DNA of 64,000 nt from Clostridia bacterium (lineage in GTDB: Bacteria > Bacillota > Clostridia > JAAYHZ01): contig JBMNIH010000003.1 in NCBI GenBank assembly GCA_050950825.1, positions 333,117-397,116 of the forward strand. The letters are read 5' to 3'. The notes under the pieces were generated by a model. The model ran no database searches and was not told where the DNA came from. It saw only the letters and a program-made list of their open reading frames with translations. Shown here in pieces: positions 54,355 to 63,809 of this stretch. The position numbers were made by a program, and so were the translations under genes. Every line of letters begins with the position of its first letter. Within the stretch, counting starts at the first letter, position 1.

Positions 54355-54819
54355 TTGGAGCAGTTTCTATGTCCCTGCTGCAGGAGTAACCGTATGAAGG
54401 TTGTAGGGAGCAGGCCCAGGAAGTACCTGCAGGAGGATGCCTCGCAAGTGATATTGATAATACGCAGGCTGCGCTGCCTGGAATGTAACAAGATACATCA
54501 CGAATTGCCCGATATACTGGTTCCATACAAACGGTACAAAAGCGAATGCATAGAGACAGTTGTAGCAGAAGATAACAACACTCCGCTAGCAATAGCATGT
54601 GATGAATCTACGCTATACCGGTGGAAAAAGTGGTTTAACTCTTTAAGCAGGTATTTTGCAGGTTGCTTGCAGTCCATAGCAATACAGCTGGGAAGAGAAA
54701 CTGAAGAAGCTTCAGGACCAATATCCGTCCTCCATAGGATATGGTTTTATGTTATCGCCACTGCTGGCCGAGGGCCTGGATCCTGCAAAAGCGAAAGAGA
54801 TCAAAGCCCGTATATGTGA
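54355..54819 (+). CDS. Element-encoded zinc-ribbon protein of unknown function
   Basis: CPCC ... CLEC Cys4 motif at the N-terminus; overlaps the transposase start in another frame. Confidence 0.4.
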   Translation: MEQFLCPCCRSNRMKVVGSRPRKYLQEDASQVILIIRRLRCLECNKIHHELPDILVPYKRYKSECIETVVAEDNNTPLAIACDESTLYRWKKWFNSLSRYFAGCLQSIAIQLGRETEEASGPISVLHRIWFYVIATAGRGPGSCKSERDQSPYM

Positions 54820-56056
54820 ACAAACCGGTATATCAGAGCGTACTCTCCGAAGATATGTGGCACAATACCGGGAAGCCGGATTCGACGGTTTAAAGCCTAA
54901 AGGAAAGAGCCAAAGAAAAACAGAGGATGCCATACCATCCCATGTATTGGAGCAGGCTATTCTTCTGCGCAGGCAGGTTCCAAGCCGTAGCGTATCACAG
55001 TTGATAAACATCCTGGAGTGGGAAGGAATTGTAGAGCCGGGCCGGATAAAGCGCAGCACACTGCAGGAGCAATTGGCAAACCGGGGGTACAGTGCAAGAC
55101 AGATGAAAATGTACACATCAACGGGAGTAGCAGCGCGCAGGTTCCAACATCGGTATCGCAATAAGCTCTGGCATTCGGACATCAAGTATGGCCCTTATCT
55201 TCCTATCGGCAGGGATGGAGAAAAAAAGCAGGTGTTTTTGGTTCTCTTCGTGGATGATGCTACCAGATACGTTCTTCATGGAGAATTTTATCCCACCCTG
55301 GATAAAGTCATCGTAGAGGATTGCTTCCGGAAGTCCATTCTTAAGCATGGTGTGCCCGAAGCCGTATTTTTTGATAACGGCAGCCAATACAGGAACAAGT
55401 GGATGACACGGGCATGTGCAAAAATGGGCATTCGTCTGCTCTATGCCCGCCCCTACTCGCCGGAAGCAACCGGCAAAGTTGAGAGGCTGAACCGGGTAGT
55501 GGATTCCTTTCTTACAGAGGCCGCTTTGGAGAAACCACAGACCCTGGAAAGGTTGAACGAGCTGTTCCAGGTATGGCTTACCGAATGCTATCAGAACAGG
55601 CCCCATTCCGCCCTGGTGAATCACATGAGTCCGGAGGTTGCATACCGAAGTGATACGAAACCCCAAAGGTTTATTGACCCGGACGTCCTGGCTCAGGCGT
55701 TTTTGCATTTTGAGGAACGCAAGGTGGATAAAGCAGGCTGTATCAGCTTCAACGGCCAAAAGTATGAGGTTGGCCTTCCCTTTATTGGCTGCACCGTAGA
55801 TGTGATCTATGATCCGGCATACACCGACGAGCTTACCATTGAGTATGAAGGCCATAGCCCATGGAAGGCTAAGAAGCTGGTAATAGGTGAACGATCCGGT
55901 CGACGGCCTGATTTACCGGAATATCTTACCACCGAAAAAGCGGAGGCATCCCGCTTGCTAAGAGCAGCCAAAAAGAAGAACGAGCAGCGCATAGAACAGT
56001 ACATGCCTGCCGTCTCTTACAGAAACGTGGCCAAGGGTGGTGAGCAGAATGTTTGA
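54749..56056 (+). CDS. DDE (rve/integrase-core) transposase with N-terminal HTH (IstA/TniA-like)
   Basis: HTH (ISERTLRRYVAQYREAG); catalytic-triad candidates WHSD, FDNGSQY, KVERLN. Confidence 0.75.
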   Translation: MLSPLLAEGLDPAKAKEIKARICEQTGISERTLRRYVAQYREAGFDGLKPKGKSQRKTEDAIPSHVLEQAILLRRQVPSRSVSQLINILEWEGIVEPGRIKRSTLQEQLANRGYSARQMKMYTSTGVAARRFQHRYRNKLWHSDIKYGPYLPIGRDGEKKQVFLVLFVDDATRYVLHGEFYPTLDKVIVEDCFRKSILKHGVPEAVFFDNGSQYRNKWMTRACAKMGIRLLYARPYSPEATGKVERLNRVVDSFLTEAALEKPQTLERLNELFQVWLTECYQNRPHSALVNHMSPEVAYRSDTKPQRFIDPDVLAQAFLHFEERKVDKAGCISFNGQKYEVGLPFIGCTVDVIYDPAYTDELTIEYEGHSPWKAKKLVIGERSGRRPDLPEYLTTEKAEASRLLRAAKKKNEQRIEQYMPAVSYRNVAKGGEQNV

Positions 56057-56849
56057 AGCCTTTTATGGGTTTAAACGCACACCCTTCACACGTGATATTC
56101 CTACTGACCAGCTTTATCAGCCCATCATACCGGAAGAGACATTAGGGCGCCTGCAATATGCTGCAGATCGTCAGTTGTTCGCTGTTGTTACCGGGGACTG
56201 CGGTACCGGCAAAACCACAGCTATCCGCCGTTTCCGGGATATTCTGGACTCTTCACGATTTCATGTTATGTACCTTGCCGATTCCAAACTGACGCCCAGG
56301 CATTTCTACAAGGGTTTACTGGAGCAGCTGGGGTGTGAGGCAAAATTCTACCGTGGAGATGCCAAACGCCAGCTGCACCGGGAAATTGAGCTTATGAAGG
56401 GAATCCATAAACTGCAGCCTGTTGTCATAGTTGATGAAGCTCATCTTTTAGACCGAGAGATGCTGGAAGAGGTTCGTTTCCTGCTGAATTTCAAGATGGA
56501 CTCAGAAAGCCCAATGGCTTTAATTCTGGTGGGACAGTCAGAGTTGTGGGATAAATTCCAGCTCCAGGCATATGCCGCCATCAAGCAACGTATTGATATT
56601 CAGTGCAAACTGAATCATTATGATCGGGCTCAGGTGGGTGAATACGTACATAGACATTTAGAGTATGCAGCTTGCGACAGGGAAATTTTCTCTGAAGCGG
56701 CGTTGGATGAGATATTTAAGTATTCCAGCGGCTCTGCCAGGCTCATAAACAAGCTTTGCACCCATTGCCTGCTGTTCGGTGCTCAAAATGGCCGCAAAAT
56801 CATTGATGACCATATGGTAAAGCTCGTGATACAGGGGGAATTGGCGTGA
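56037..56849 (+). CDS. AAA+ transposition helper ATPase (IstB/TniB/ExeA-like)
   Basis: Walker A GDCGTGKTT, Walker B VIVDEAHLL, C-terminal GSARLINKLC block; overlaps the transposase end by 20 nt. Confidence 0.7.
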   Translation: MVSRMFEAFYGFKRTPFTRDIPTDQLYQPIIPEETLGRLQYAADRQLFAVVTGDCGTGKTTAIRRFRDILDSSRFHVMYLADSKLTPRHFYKGLLEQLGCEAKFYRGDAKRQLHREIELMKGIHKLQPVVIVDEAHLLDREMLEEVRFLLNFKMDSESPMALILVGQSELWDKFQLQAYAAIKQRIDIQCKLNHYDRAQVGEYVHRHLEYAACDREIFSEAALDEIFKYSSGSARLINKLCTHCLLFGAQNGRKIIDDHMVKLVIQGELA

Positions 56850-57172
56850 TACAATTCCACTGTTCTTATCAATGGGATGATGGTAGTAAAGACATATGGC
56901 ATGGTACTGTTAGCCAGGTTATTAATTTCGGCAGCCACTATGAGATTTTCATTTTAAGCCGGAGCAGCTTGCGGGTACTGGTTGGTCAATCAACCTCAGG
57001 GTTGTTTGCCTGTCTTCCTGATTGTAGCGCAGGGTGCCATTTGAGTACCCTTAATGATACTTTCTACAACAGTGAGAAGTTGATTTATGCTTTAGGAAAT
57101 GTTGTAGACGGTATGACAATAGCTTATGCTTTCAAAGCATTGGAACCATTTTTAAACTTCAATAACGACTAA
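56846..57172 (+). CDS. Element-encoded small hypothetical protein
   Basis: 108-aa ORF overlapping the ATPase stop; followed by perfect 10-bp hairpin AGCGGATAAC-CTTTTA-GTTATCCGCT (57179-57204). Confidence 0.35.
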   Translation: MIQFHCSYQWDDGSKDIWHGTVSQVINFGSHYEIFILSRSSLRVLVGQSTSGLFACLPDCSAGCHLSTLNDTFYNSEKLIYALGNVVDGMTIAYAFKALEPFLNFNND

Positions 57173-57278
57173 ATACATAGCGGATAACCTTTTAGTTATC
57201 CGCTCATGCCTTCGCTTTATTGGCAGTTATACCGTCAACTTTTGGTCAATTAACAACATCTATTTCGGGACAATTTGA

Positions 57279-57944
57279 GCTAGCATTAACAATAAAGGAT
57301 CGTATCATTGCCAATCAATCCATAATACGATCGAAGGATACTCCTTTCAGTTTCGTTATGAAGTACAAAAGCCTGCGGAATCCGTCTTCGCTCACAGCGA
57401 GCGCAATCTTTTTCTTGAAAGATTAAACCGACTCCGGGACTGCGTCCTTGAGGATGAATACGACTGCTGCGATACCATCGAAAAAATTCATCAAGAGATG
57501 AGAGAAATGAAATTCGGGTTTTATAACAAGATCCAGACGTATTTTGCACAAATGATCATTCATATATTGCGGATGTATCAACCGAAAAATCCGGAGAAAA
57601 TCGAGCTTGAGAAAAAGAGCCCGGAGCAGTCACGGACGGAAATCATCGACAACTTCTTCTATGACAATTTTGATAAGCGATGCGGTATAGATGATCCGGC
57701 ATCCCTAGTAGGCGTGAGCAGCAGACAATTAAACCGAATCCTTAAAGAAGAATACGGTTATAGCTTTAAGCAAATCATCATGGAAATGCGAGTGGAAGTG
57801 GCAAAAGATTATCTAATCCAAACGGACGTCACCGTATCCGACATCTCCTACATCGTCGGATATACCGAACCAAGCAACTTTTGCGCCGTATTCAGAAAAG
57901 CGACAGGCAAATCTCCCGGCGCCTATAGGAAACACCGTAGATAA
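57279..57944 (+). pseudogene. AraC-family regulator, C-terminal fragment (end of sensor domain plus HTH)
   Basis: Frame open from 57279; AraC-type HTH (SDISYIVGYTEPSNFCAVFRKATGKSPGAYR). Confidence 0.7.
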
Positions 57945-57974
57945 CGGTATTGACAGTTCTACAATGATGTTTCG

Positions 57975-58010
57975 ATAAAAAAATAAAACCCACGGAAACA
58001 TGTTCCGTAG
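57975..58010 (-). terminator. Intrinsic terminator at the 3' end of the tRNA cluster
   Basis: Hairpin ACGGAA-ACATG-TTCCGT followed by GGGTTTTATTTTTTT on the minus strand. Confidence 0.65.
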
Positions 58011-58014
58011 GATT

Positions 58015-58089
<75 letters not shown>

Positions 58090-58090
58090 G

Positions 58091-58165
58091 TGGAGCGGGT
58101 TACGAGATTCGAACTCGCGACTTTCACCTTGGCAAGGTGACACTCTACCGCTGAGTTAAACCCGC
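58091..58165 (-). tRNA. tRNA-Gly (GCC)
   Basis: Acceptor stem GCGGGUU/AACCCGC, anticodon loop UUGCCAA, T-loop GUUCGAAUC, encoded CCA. Confidence 0.85.
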
Positions 58166-58168
58166 AAG

Positions 58169-58244
<76 letters not shown>

Positions 58245-58247
58245 AAA

Positions 58248-58324
58248 TGGCGACCCGGAAGGGACTCGAACCCTCGACCTCTAGCGTGACAGGCTAGCAT
58301 TCTAACCGACTGAACTACCGGGCC
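58248..58324 (-). tRNA. tRNA-Asp (GUC)
   Basis: Anticodon stem-loop CUAGC-CUGUCAC-GCUAG; encoded CCA. Confidence 0.85.
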
Positions 58325-58328
58325 ATAT

Positions 58329-58404
58329 TGGTGGGCGCTACAGGGATCGAACCTATGACCCCCTGCTTGTAAGGCAGGTGCTCTCCCGGCTGAGCTAAGC
58401 GCCC
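58329..58404 (-). tRNA. tRNA-Val (UAC)
   Basis: Anticodon stem-loop CCUGC-CUUACAA-GCAGG; encoded CCA. Confidence 0.85.
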
Positions 58405-58433
58405 TCGGTACTGTCCTCAAAAGGACAATTCCA

Positions 58434-58462
58434 AGTATACAAGAAATGATATTTAATGTCAA
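58434..58462 (-). promoter_or_regulatory. Consensus sigma-A promoter of the tRNA operon
   Basis: Minus strand TTGACA (58457-58462), 17-nt spacer, TATACT (58434-58439), about 30 nt upstream of tRNA-Val. Confidence 0.65.
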
Positions 58463-58490
58463 CTGCAAAATTTTGAATTTTTCTTGTCAC

Positions 58491-59366
58491 CTAATGCTTT
58501 ATAATATCCAGCAGCTCTTCTTTTGTAAATTGGTACTTCTTGTTACAGAAGTTACATTGGGTCTCAACTATATCTTGCGTATCTATTATATCCATAATCT
58601 CTTCTTTGCCAAGAGCCAATATGTTGGTTTCCATCCGGAATCGAGAGCAAGTGCAGCGATATTCTACAGGACTTGTATCAATGATCTTCATGTCTAACGA
58701 ACCTAAGATCATTTGCAAGACATTTTCGATAGTATCCCCTCCGGATAGCAGTTCCGAAACGGCCGGATAAGTATAAATCTTCTGTTCAATCAAGGAAAGG
58801 GTTTCCTCCGTTGCTCCCGGCATCAATTGAATAATATACCCTCCGCAGGAGGTAAAGGTACCTTTTTTATCGATGGTCTCTCCCAAACTGAAGGCCGTGG
58901 GAATTTGCTCGGAGGTTACAAAATACGAAGCCAAATCATCGGCAATCTCTCCGGAGACCAAATCCACATAACCGGTATAGGGTTCCTTTAACCCGATGTC
59001 TTTTACAACATACAAAAACCCGGTATCTCCCACGATTTTCGACATATCGATCTTTCCGTTGGGCTTATGATACAACGGCACATTGGGATTTCCTACGTAC
59101 CCTCGTACGGCATCTCTTGTATCCGAAACCACCACAATACCGTCGATAGGCCCGTTGCCTCGTACTTGTAGGGTCAACTTATCTTTTTCATTTTCCATCA
59201 TCTTCGTCATTAAAGCCGTTGCGGTTAAAGCTCTGCCTAAAGCCGCAGCGGATGCCGGCGACAAATGATGAATATCCATCGCTTTTTGTACCGTATGCAA
59301 AGTCGTAGCACCGTATGCCCGAACCGTGGCATCCGCTGCAAGCACTCTTACGATATAATCTTTCAT
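58491..59366 (-). CDS. hslO: Redox-regulated chaperone Hsp33
   Basis: 291 aa; C-terminal zinc centre CTC ... CNFC. Confidence 0.9.
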   Translation of the reverse strand: MKDYIVRVLAADATVRAYGATTLHTVQKAMDIHHLSPASAAALGRALTATALMTKMMENEKDKLTLQVRGNGPIDGIVVVSDTRDAVRGYVGNPNVPLYHKPNGKIDMSKIVGDTGFLYVVKDIGLKEPYTGYVDLVSGEIADDLASYFVTSEQIPTAFSLGETIDKKGTFTSCGGYIIQLMPGATEETLSLIEQKIYTYPAVSELLSGGDTIENVLQMILGSLDMKIIDTSPVEYRCTCSRFRMETNILALGKEEIMDIIDTQDIVETQCNFCNKKYQFTKEELLDIIKH

Positions 59367-60115
59367 TTGTTTTTCTCTCCACTCTTTCTGACAATATAAA
59401 ATACTCTTTCGCTATTCTCGGTATAAGGGTTAAATGTAAATTCGTCGAACATCCCTTCGCAAACAAACCCCGCTTTCGTGCAGGCTTCCTTCAAATCCTC
59501 AAGATCAAAAGCGGTTTCGATTATCGTGTCCTCAAACTTTTGATATAAATCGTTTAATTTTTGAAACAACACGATATCAATGAAGGATCTTCTTTCATTC
59601 GGATCGTATTCACACTGCCAAATGCATGTGAAATCTTCTTCATCTACATAGAAGACATTGTCGCCGTAAATGTTCTCCAGCTTGTGCAGGGTATTCACGT
59701 CGAAAATCAAAAGTCCCCCCGGATCCAAATAATTATAACATAAACGCAGCATTTTCTTAACATCTTCCATATCCTGAAGATGATTGACACTGTCCAACAA
59801 ACAAACAATAGCGCCTACCGTTCCGTAAAGCTCGAAGGAAGTCATATCCTGCTGCAAGAACAGTATGTTTTGCCCTGCGGCTTCCGCTTTTTGTCCGGCT
59901 TCCGTCAGCATTTCCTCCGAGATATCCACGCAAATCATTTCGTACCCTTTTTTAGACATGATAATAGCAAAAGAACCGGTACCGCAAGCAAGCTCCAATA
60001 CCAAATCGGGCTTACATCCGTATTTGTTGAAAAGCCGTGTCACATAATCCGCCCATTTTTCATAATCCACGTCTTCATTAAGCCGATCATAAACTCTTGC
60101 AATTCCGGTATACAT
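59363..60115 (-). CDS. Class I SAM-dependent methyltransferase
   Basis: Motif I LELACGTGSF. Confidence 0.75.
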   Translation of the reverse strand: MYTGIARVYDRLNEDVDYEKWADYVTRLFNKYGCKPDLVLELACGTGSFAIIMSKKGYEMICVDISEEMLTEAGQKAEAAGQNILFLQQDMTSFELYGTVGAIVCLLDSVNHLQDMEDVKKMLRLCYNYLDPGGLLIFDVNTLHKLENIYGDNVFYVDEEDFTCIWQCEYDPNERRSFIDIVLFQKLNDLYQKFEDTIIETAFDLEDLKEACTKAGFVCEGMFDEFTFNPYTENSERVFYIVRKSGEKNK

Positions 60116-60146
60116 AATGCGTATTTTTTACCTCGTCTTATGCTTT

Positions 60147-60302
60147 TTATCCTTTGAATCTTCTGCTAATAATCCCGCCGATTCTTCCGGATTCTTTTGC
60201 GGTAAGGCTATCCCAACCGCTTTTTTCTACCTTCTCTAACAAGCCAAGCTCTTGGGCTACCTTGTATTTCATGGAGGAACGATCCTCCTTCTTTTTCTTC
60301 AT
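60147..60302 (-). CDS. Small protein resembling an alpha/beta-type small acid-soluble spore protein (51 aa)
   Basis: Below the track size cutoff; hand translation MKKKKEDRSSMKYKVAQELGLLEKVEKSGWDSLTAKESGRIGGIISRRFKG; GGAGGTGA RBS; two SASP-like blocks (K-x-A-x-E-x-G and G-x-IGG-x-I-x-RR). Confidence 0.5.
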   Translation of the reverse strand: MKKKKEDRSSMKYKVAQELGLLEKVEKSGWDSLTAKESGRIGGIISRRFKG

Positions 60303-60376
60303 TTTTCCTCACCTCCAAAGCTAATATGTGCCGGTCGAACAACAATTATACTTAAAAGGCGAGTACATACATTCTT

Positions 60377-61603
60377 TTAAGGTGCCAGCTTCCCTTTCAT
60401 GATTTCCACCGCCGCATGGAACTGGAGATCCTCCTGTCGAGGGATGGAAGAGATGGGGCTGTCTTTATACGTTCCTTGAATTTCCACCTTATGGTCCGGT
60501 GTAATGCCTACGTCCTGAACGACATTTCCTTTGGGCGTATAATAGCCTGCTATGGTCACTCGAAGCCCCGAGCCGTCTTTCGTAGGAATAATCGCTTGAA
60601 CGACACCTTTACCGTAGGTTTGGGTACCTACAATAGTCGCTCTTCCGTTGTCCTGGAATGCGCCGGCCAATACCTCCGAAGCACTGGCACTTCTTTCGTT
60701 CACCAATACCACAAGAGGGATGTCGATATGGGCTGCGTTGGACCTTTCATACTCCCGATTGCCGTCTTTATCTTCGGTGTAAAGAATGATTGCTTCCGGC
60801 AAGAACATATCGGCAATGCTCACCACTTGGTCGTAGCTTCCGCCGGGGTTATCCCGTACATCTATAATCAACCCTTTAATGCCCTTTTTAAGCAGCAAAT
60901 TAAGCTCGTTATAAAAATCCATGGCAACCATGGTATCAAACATGGTAATTCGAATATACCCTATCAGGTTATCAATAATCTCGGATTTTACACTGGGAAT
61001 ATGGACCTTTTTCCTTACCATCTTAAAATCCAAATATTGAAATTCCGAAGGTCTGTAAACGGTAACGACAACCTCCGTACCTTCTTCTCCTTTAATCAGA
61101 TTCACTACAAAATCGGCTTCTTCCTCGGTAACGTCGTCGCCGTTGACCTTAACGATCAAATCGCCTTCTTTGATTCCCGCCGCTTTTGCAGGACCGCCGC
61201 CTACCGCTTCAATAACCTCCAAGATGCCGTCTTTGGTTTCGGAAACGATCAGTCCTACACCTACATAGCTGCTGGAGGAATACTCGCGCAATTGCTTCAT
61301 TTGCTCTTTGGTATAGTAGATGGTATACGGATCCTTTAATCCTGCCGCTAATCCGGCAATGGCTCCTTCGAACATTTCCCTTTCATCGATATCATAGTAA
61401 AAGTTTTCCTTAAGCAAGTTCCAAACCTCGGAAAACTTAGCGACATCCGACTTTGTCAATTCGTCTTTATTAAAATATAAAACATATTCGTTCCGAGGAT
61501 TATACAAGCTTCTCGTATACGAATATGTCAGCGCCGAAGAAATCAGTGCCGTCGCAAGAACGAGCACAAGGACGAGTGCCCATCTGGGTTTATTGTTCAA
61601 CAT
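60377..61603 (-). CDS. S41 C-terminal processing peptidase (CtpA-like) with PDZ domain
   Basis: 408 aa; signal anchor, PDZ, S41 core (ERSASASEVLAGA, TYGKGVVQ). Confidence 0.85.
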   Translation of the reverse strand: MLNNKPRWALVLVLVLATALISSALTYSYTRSLYNPRNEYVLYFNKDELTKSDVAKFSEVWNLLKENFYYDIDEREMFEGAIAGLAAGLKDPYTIYYTKEQMKQLREYSSSSYVGVGLIVSETKDGILEVIEAVGGGPAKAAGIKEGDLIVKVNGDDVTEEEADFVVNLIKGEEGTEVVVTVYRPSEFQYLDFKMVRKKVHIPSVKSEIIDNLIGYIRITMFDTMVAMDFYNELNLLLKKGIKGLIIDVRDNPGGSYDQVVSIADMFLPEAIILYTEDKDGNREYERSNAAHIDIPLVVLVNERSASASEVLAGAFQDNGRATIVGTQTYGKGVVQAIIPTKDGSGLRVTIAGYYTPKGNVVQDVGITPDHKVEIQGTYKDSPISSIPRQEDLQFHAAVEIMKGKLAP

Positions 61604-61701
61604 TATGCCTCCAAATGCTTTTAATTGATAAATACATTATACGCTATTTTATTGTCAAAAAAAACAGTTCATGCCTAAATTTCGAACCGGGCACCTTGAA
61701 A

Positions 61702-61744
61702 CATAATAAAAATCCCCTGTTCGTTTCGGATACAAGGGATTTTG
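61702..61744 (-). terminator. Intrinsic terminator downstream of the M23 peptidase gene
   Basis: Hairpin AAATCCCTTGT...ACAGGGGATTT (one mismatch) followed by a U-rich tract. Confidence 0.55.
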
Positions 61745-61770
61745 TCTACCGCAGTTATATAACAATCGAT

Positions 61771-62898
61771 TTATTGCTTCTTGAAATAGTTCATCGGATC
61801 GACAGGATCTCCGTTAATTCGAACTTCAAAATGGAGATGAGGTCCTGTAGCTACACCGGTACTGCCTACAAGAGCGATGGTTTGCCCTTTTTGAACATAT
61901 GTACCTTTGCTTACCAGCAATTTGCTGCTATGGCCGTACAAGGTGGAGTATCCGCCGCCGTGGTCGATGATGATATAATACCCGTATCCGGATCCGTATC
62001 CGGAGAAAATTACGGTTCCGCTGTTAGCTGCAACGATAGCGGCTCCGTAGGGACCTCCGATATCCACTCCGGTGTGCATCCTGTAATCGCCGTATACGGG
62101 ATGGCGTCTCCATCCGAACTTCGAATGAACGGTGTAGTCCGAAGGCAACGGCCATGTGAATGTTCCTCCCACATATTTGCCGCTTGTCTGCATGTTCTTG
62201 ATTTGGGCCGCCAAGTTGCGAGACTCTTGTTCCAGCTGGTCTTCTTGAGAAGACAGCGATCTTATTTGTTCTTGTGCTTTGCTGATGTTTTCCAGCAATT
62301 CCGCTCTTGTAATTCGTAAATTATCCAAATCCTCTTTGGTTTTATTGATGTCAGCAACCAGTTGGGTATAGTCCCCGTCCAACATGGCTCTTTTTATTTC
62401 CAACTCTTTTCGAGCGACATCCAATTCCATGATCACTTCATTGTCTTTTTGAGCAATCCATTTATAAAGCTCAAGCTTTTCAAAAAACTCCGACAGATTT
62501 CCGGACTCCGCCAGCAAATCGAATATGGTTTTATTGGAGTTTTCATACATGACTCGCAGTCGTTCAACCGCTTCCTCTTCCCGTTGCTTCAGGTTTTCTT
62601 CCGCTTCGGCTATACTTGCCTGTACCTCGTTGAGATATGCAATGATATTTTGCAAATCTTGAGTCAGTTCATCCAACTGTTTCTCTTTCTCATCCACGTT
62701 GCCCTTTAATTCTTCCGCTTCTCCCAGCAATTCTTGGGCTTTTTGTTGCTGCTGCGCTTTCTGCTGTCGTATGGTTTGGATTCTGTTGTCTACGTTTGCC
62801 TTGCTGTTTTCCAAATCTTTGACAGTGGCACCCAGTGCAGTCATCGTATGTACTATTAAAATTAAGAAGGTAATCACAATCGTATATACTTTTTTCAT
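61771..62898 (-). CDS. Coiled-coil M23-family peptidoglycan endopeptidase (EnvC-like)
   Basis: Signal peptide, long coiled-coil, C-terminal M23 motifs (HTGVDIG, GSTGVATGPHLHFE). Confidence 0.85.
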   Translation of the reverse strand: MKKVYTIVITFLILIVHTMTALGATVKDLENSKANVDNRIQTIRQQKAQQQQKAQELLGEAEELKGNVDEKEKQLDELTQDLQNIIAYLNEVQASIAEAEENLKQREEEAVERLRVMYENSNKTIFDLLAESGNLSEFFEKLELYKWIAQKDNEVIMELDVARKELEIKRAMLDGDYTQLVADINKTKEDLDNLRITRAELLENISKAQEQIRSLSSQEDQLEQESRNLAAQIKNMQTSGKYVGGTFTWPLPSDYTVHSKFGWRRHPVYGDYRMHTGVDIGGPYGAAIVAANSGTVIFSGYGSGYGYYIIIDHGGGYSTLYGHSSKLLVSKGTYVQKGQTIALVGSTGVATGPHLHFEVRINGDPVDPMNYFKKQ

Positions 62899-62912
62899 TT
62901 TTATTTCCCTTT

Positions 62913-63809
62913 CTATAATTTTAAGTATTTACTCATCGATACCATACTGCCGAACACACCGATACCCACACCGAAAAAGGTGAAGATAACCGATAAAACC
63001 ATGCTTATATCCGAGATCTTAACAAACTTGAACATGTTAAAAAAGGTGCTGCCTTGCGAATAGTAGTAGATCAAAAATTGTTCGTACAAATACAACACCA
63101 AAAATATGGATAAAATCGCTCCAATAACACCCAAAATCATTCCTTCCAAAATAAACGGCCATCGAATGAAATCTTCCGTGGCTCCTACGTATTTCATAAT
63201 GGCGATTTCATTCTTTCGAGCCATTACCGTAAGCTTCACCGTGTTGGATATGATGGTGATTGCAATGAAAGAAAGCAAAAGAGACAAGGCAACCGTCACC
63301 ACTTTCATCCAACCGCTAATTTTCGATATGACGCTGACCATCTCTTGAGAATAGTCGGCCTTATATATGCCCGGTATCTCCCTGGCCTTTCTGCTAATCT
63401 CGTCCGAAAAGGAAGCGTCCTCTAAAGACAAAACAAAGGACACGGGAAATATTTCTTCCCCGAACCCTTGCAATAACCGATCATCGTTTCCCAACATTTC
63501 GACCGCTCTTTGGTAGGCTTCCGCTTTGGTTACTACCGTTACGCCGGTAACCCCCTCTATTCCCCGAATACTTTCATAGGCCGAGTCGATTTCTTCCTGT
63601 GACATATCGGGATCGCAATAGGCTACGATTTCCGGCAAACTCTTCATTTGTTCGCTGTTATAGCGAAGATTCACCACGACAGCTGCCGATAAACCGGCCA
63701 ACACCAGCGTGATTAATATCATCATTAACGAAATGCCTGACATGATTTTATTTTTCAAAATGTTACTAAATCCTTCTTTGAAAACGATCCATATCATGTT
63801 AAGCTTCAT
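62913..63809 (-). CDS. ftsX: Cell-division ABC transporter permease-like protein FtsX
   Basis: 298 aa; four-TM FtsX topology with extracellular loop; directly downstream of ftsE. Confidence 0.85.
   Translation of the reverse strand: MKLNMIWIVFKEGFSNILKNKIMSGISLMMILITLVLAGLSAAVVVNLRYNSEQMKSLPEIVAYCDPDMSQEEIDSAYESIRGIEGVTGVTVVTKAEAYQRAVEMLGNDDRLLQGFGEEIFPVSFVLSLEDASFSDEISRKAREIPGIYKADYSQEMVSVISKISGWMKVVTVALSLLLSFIAITIISNTVKLTVMARKNEIAIMKYVGATEDFIRWPFILEGMILGVIGAILSIFLVLYLYEQFLIYYYSQGSTFFNMFKFVKISDISMVLSVIFTFFGVGIGVFGSMVSMSKYLKL

Larger units (their letters stand above)
54134..57289 (+). mobile_element. ~3.16-kb insertion element (IS21-like or TniA/TniB-like: rve DDE transposase plus AAA+ ATPase)
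   Basis: 6-bp direct repeat CAATAA at 54128-54133 and 57290-57295; imperfect terminal inverted repeats (left TGTTTACGCTGAGTTAAAATGTCC..., right end reverse-complement TTAATGCTAGCTCAAATTGTCC...); interior visibly more GC-rich than the flanks. Confidence 0.75.

Noticed and set aside
57179-57204. Perfect 10-bp-stem hairpin considered as a terminal inverted repeat of the insertion element
   Set aside because: It lies about 85 bp inside the element boundary defined by the target duplication; more likely an internal terminator
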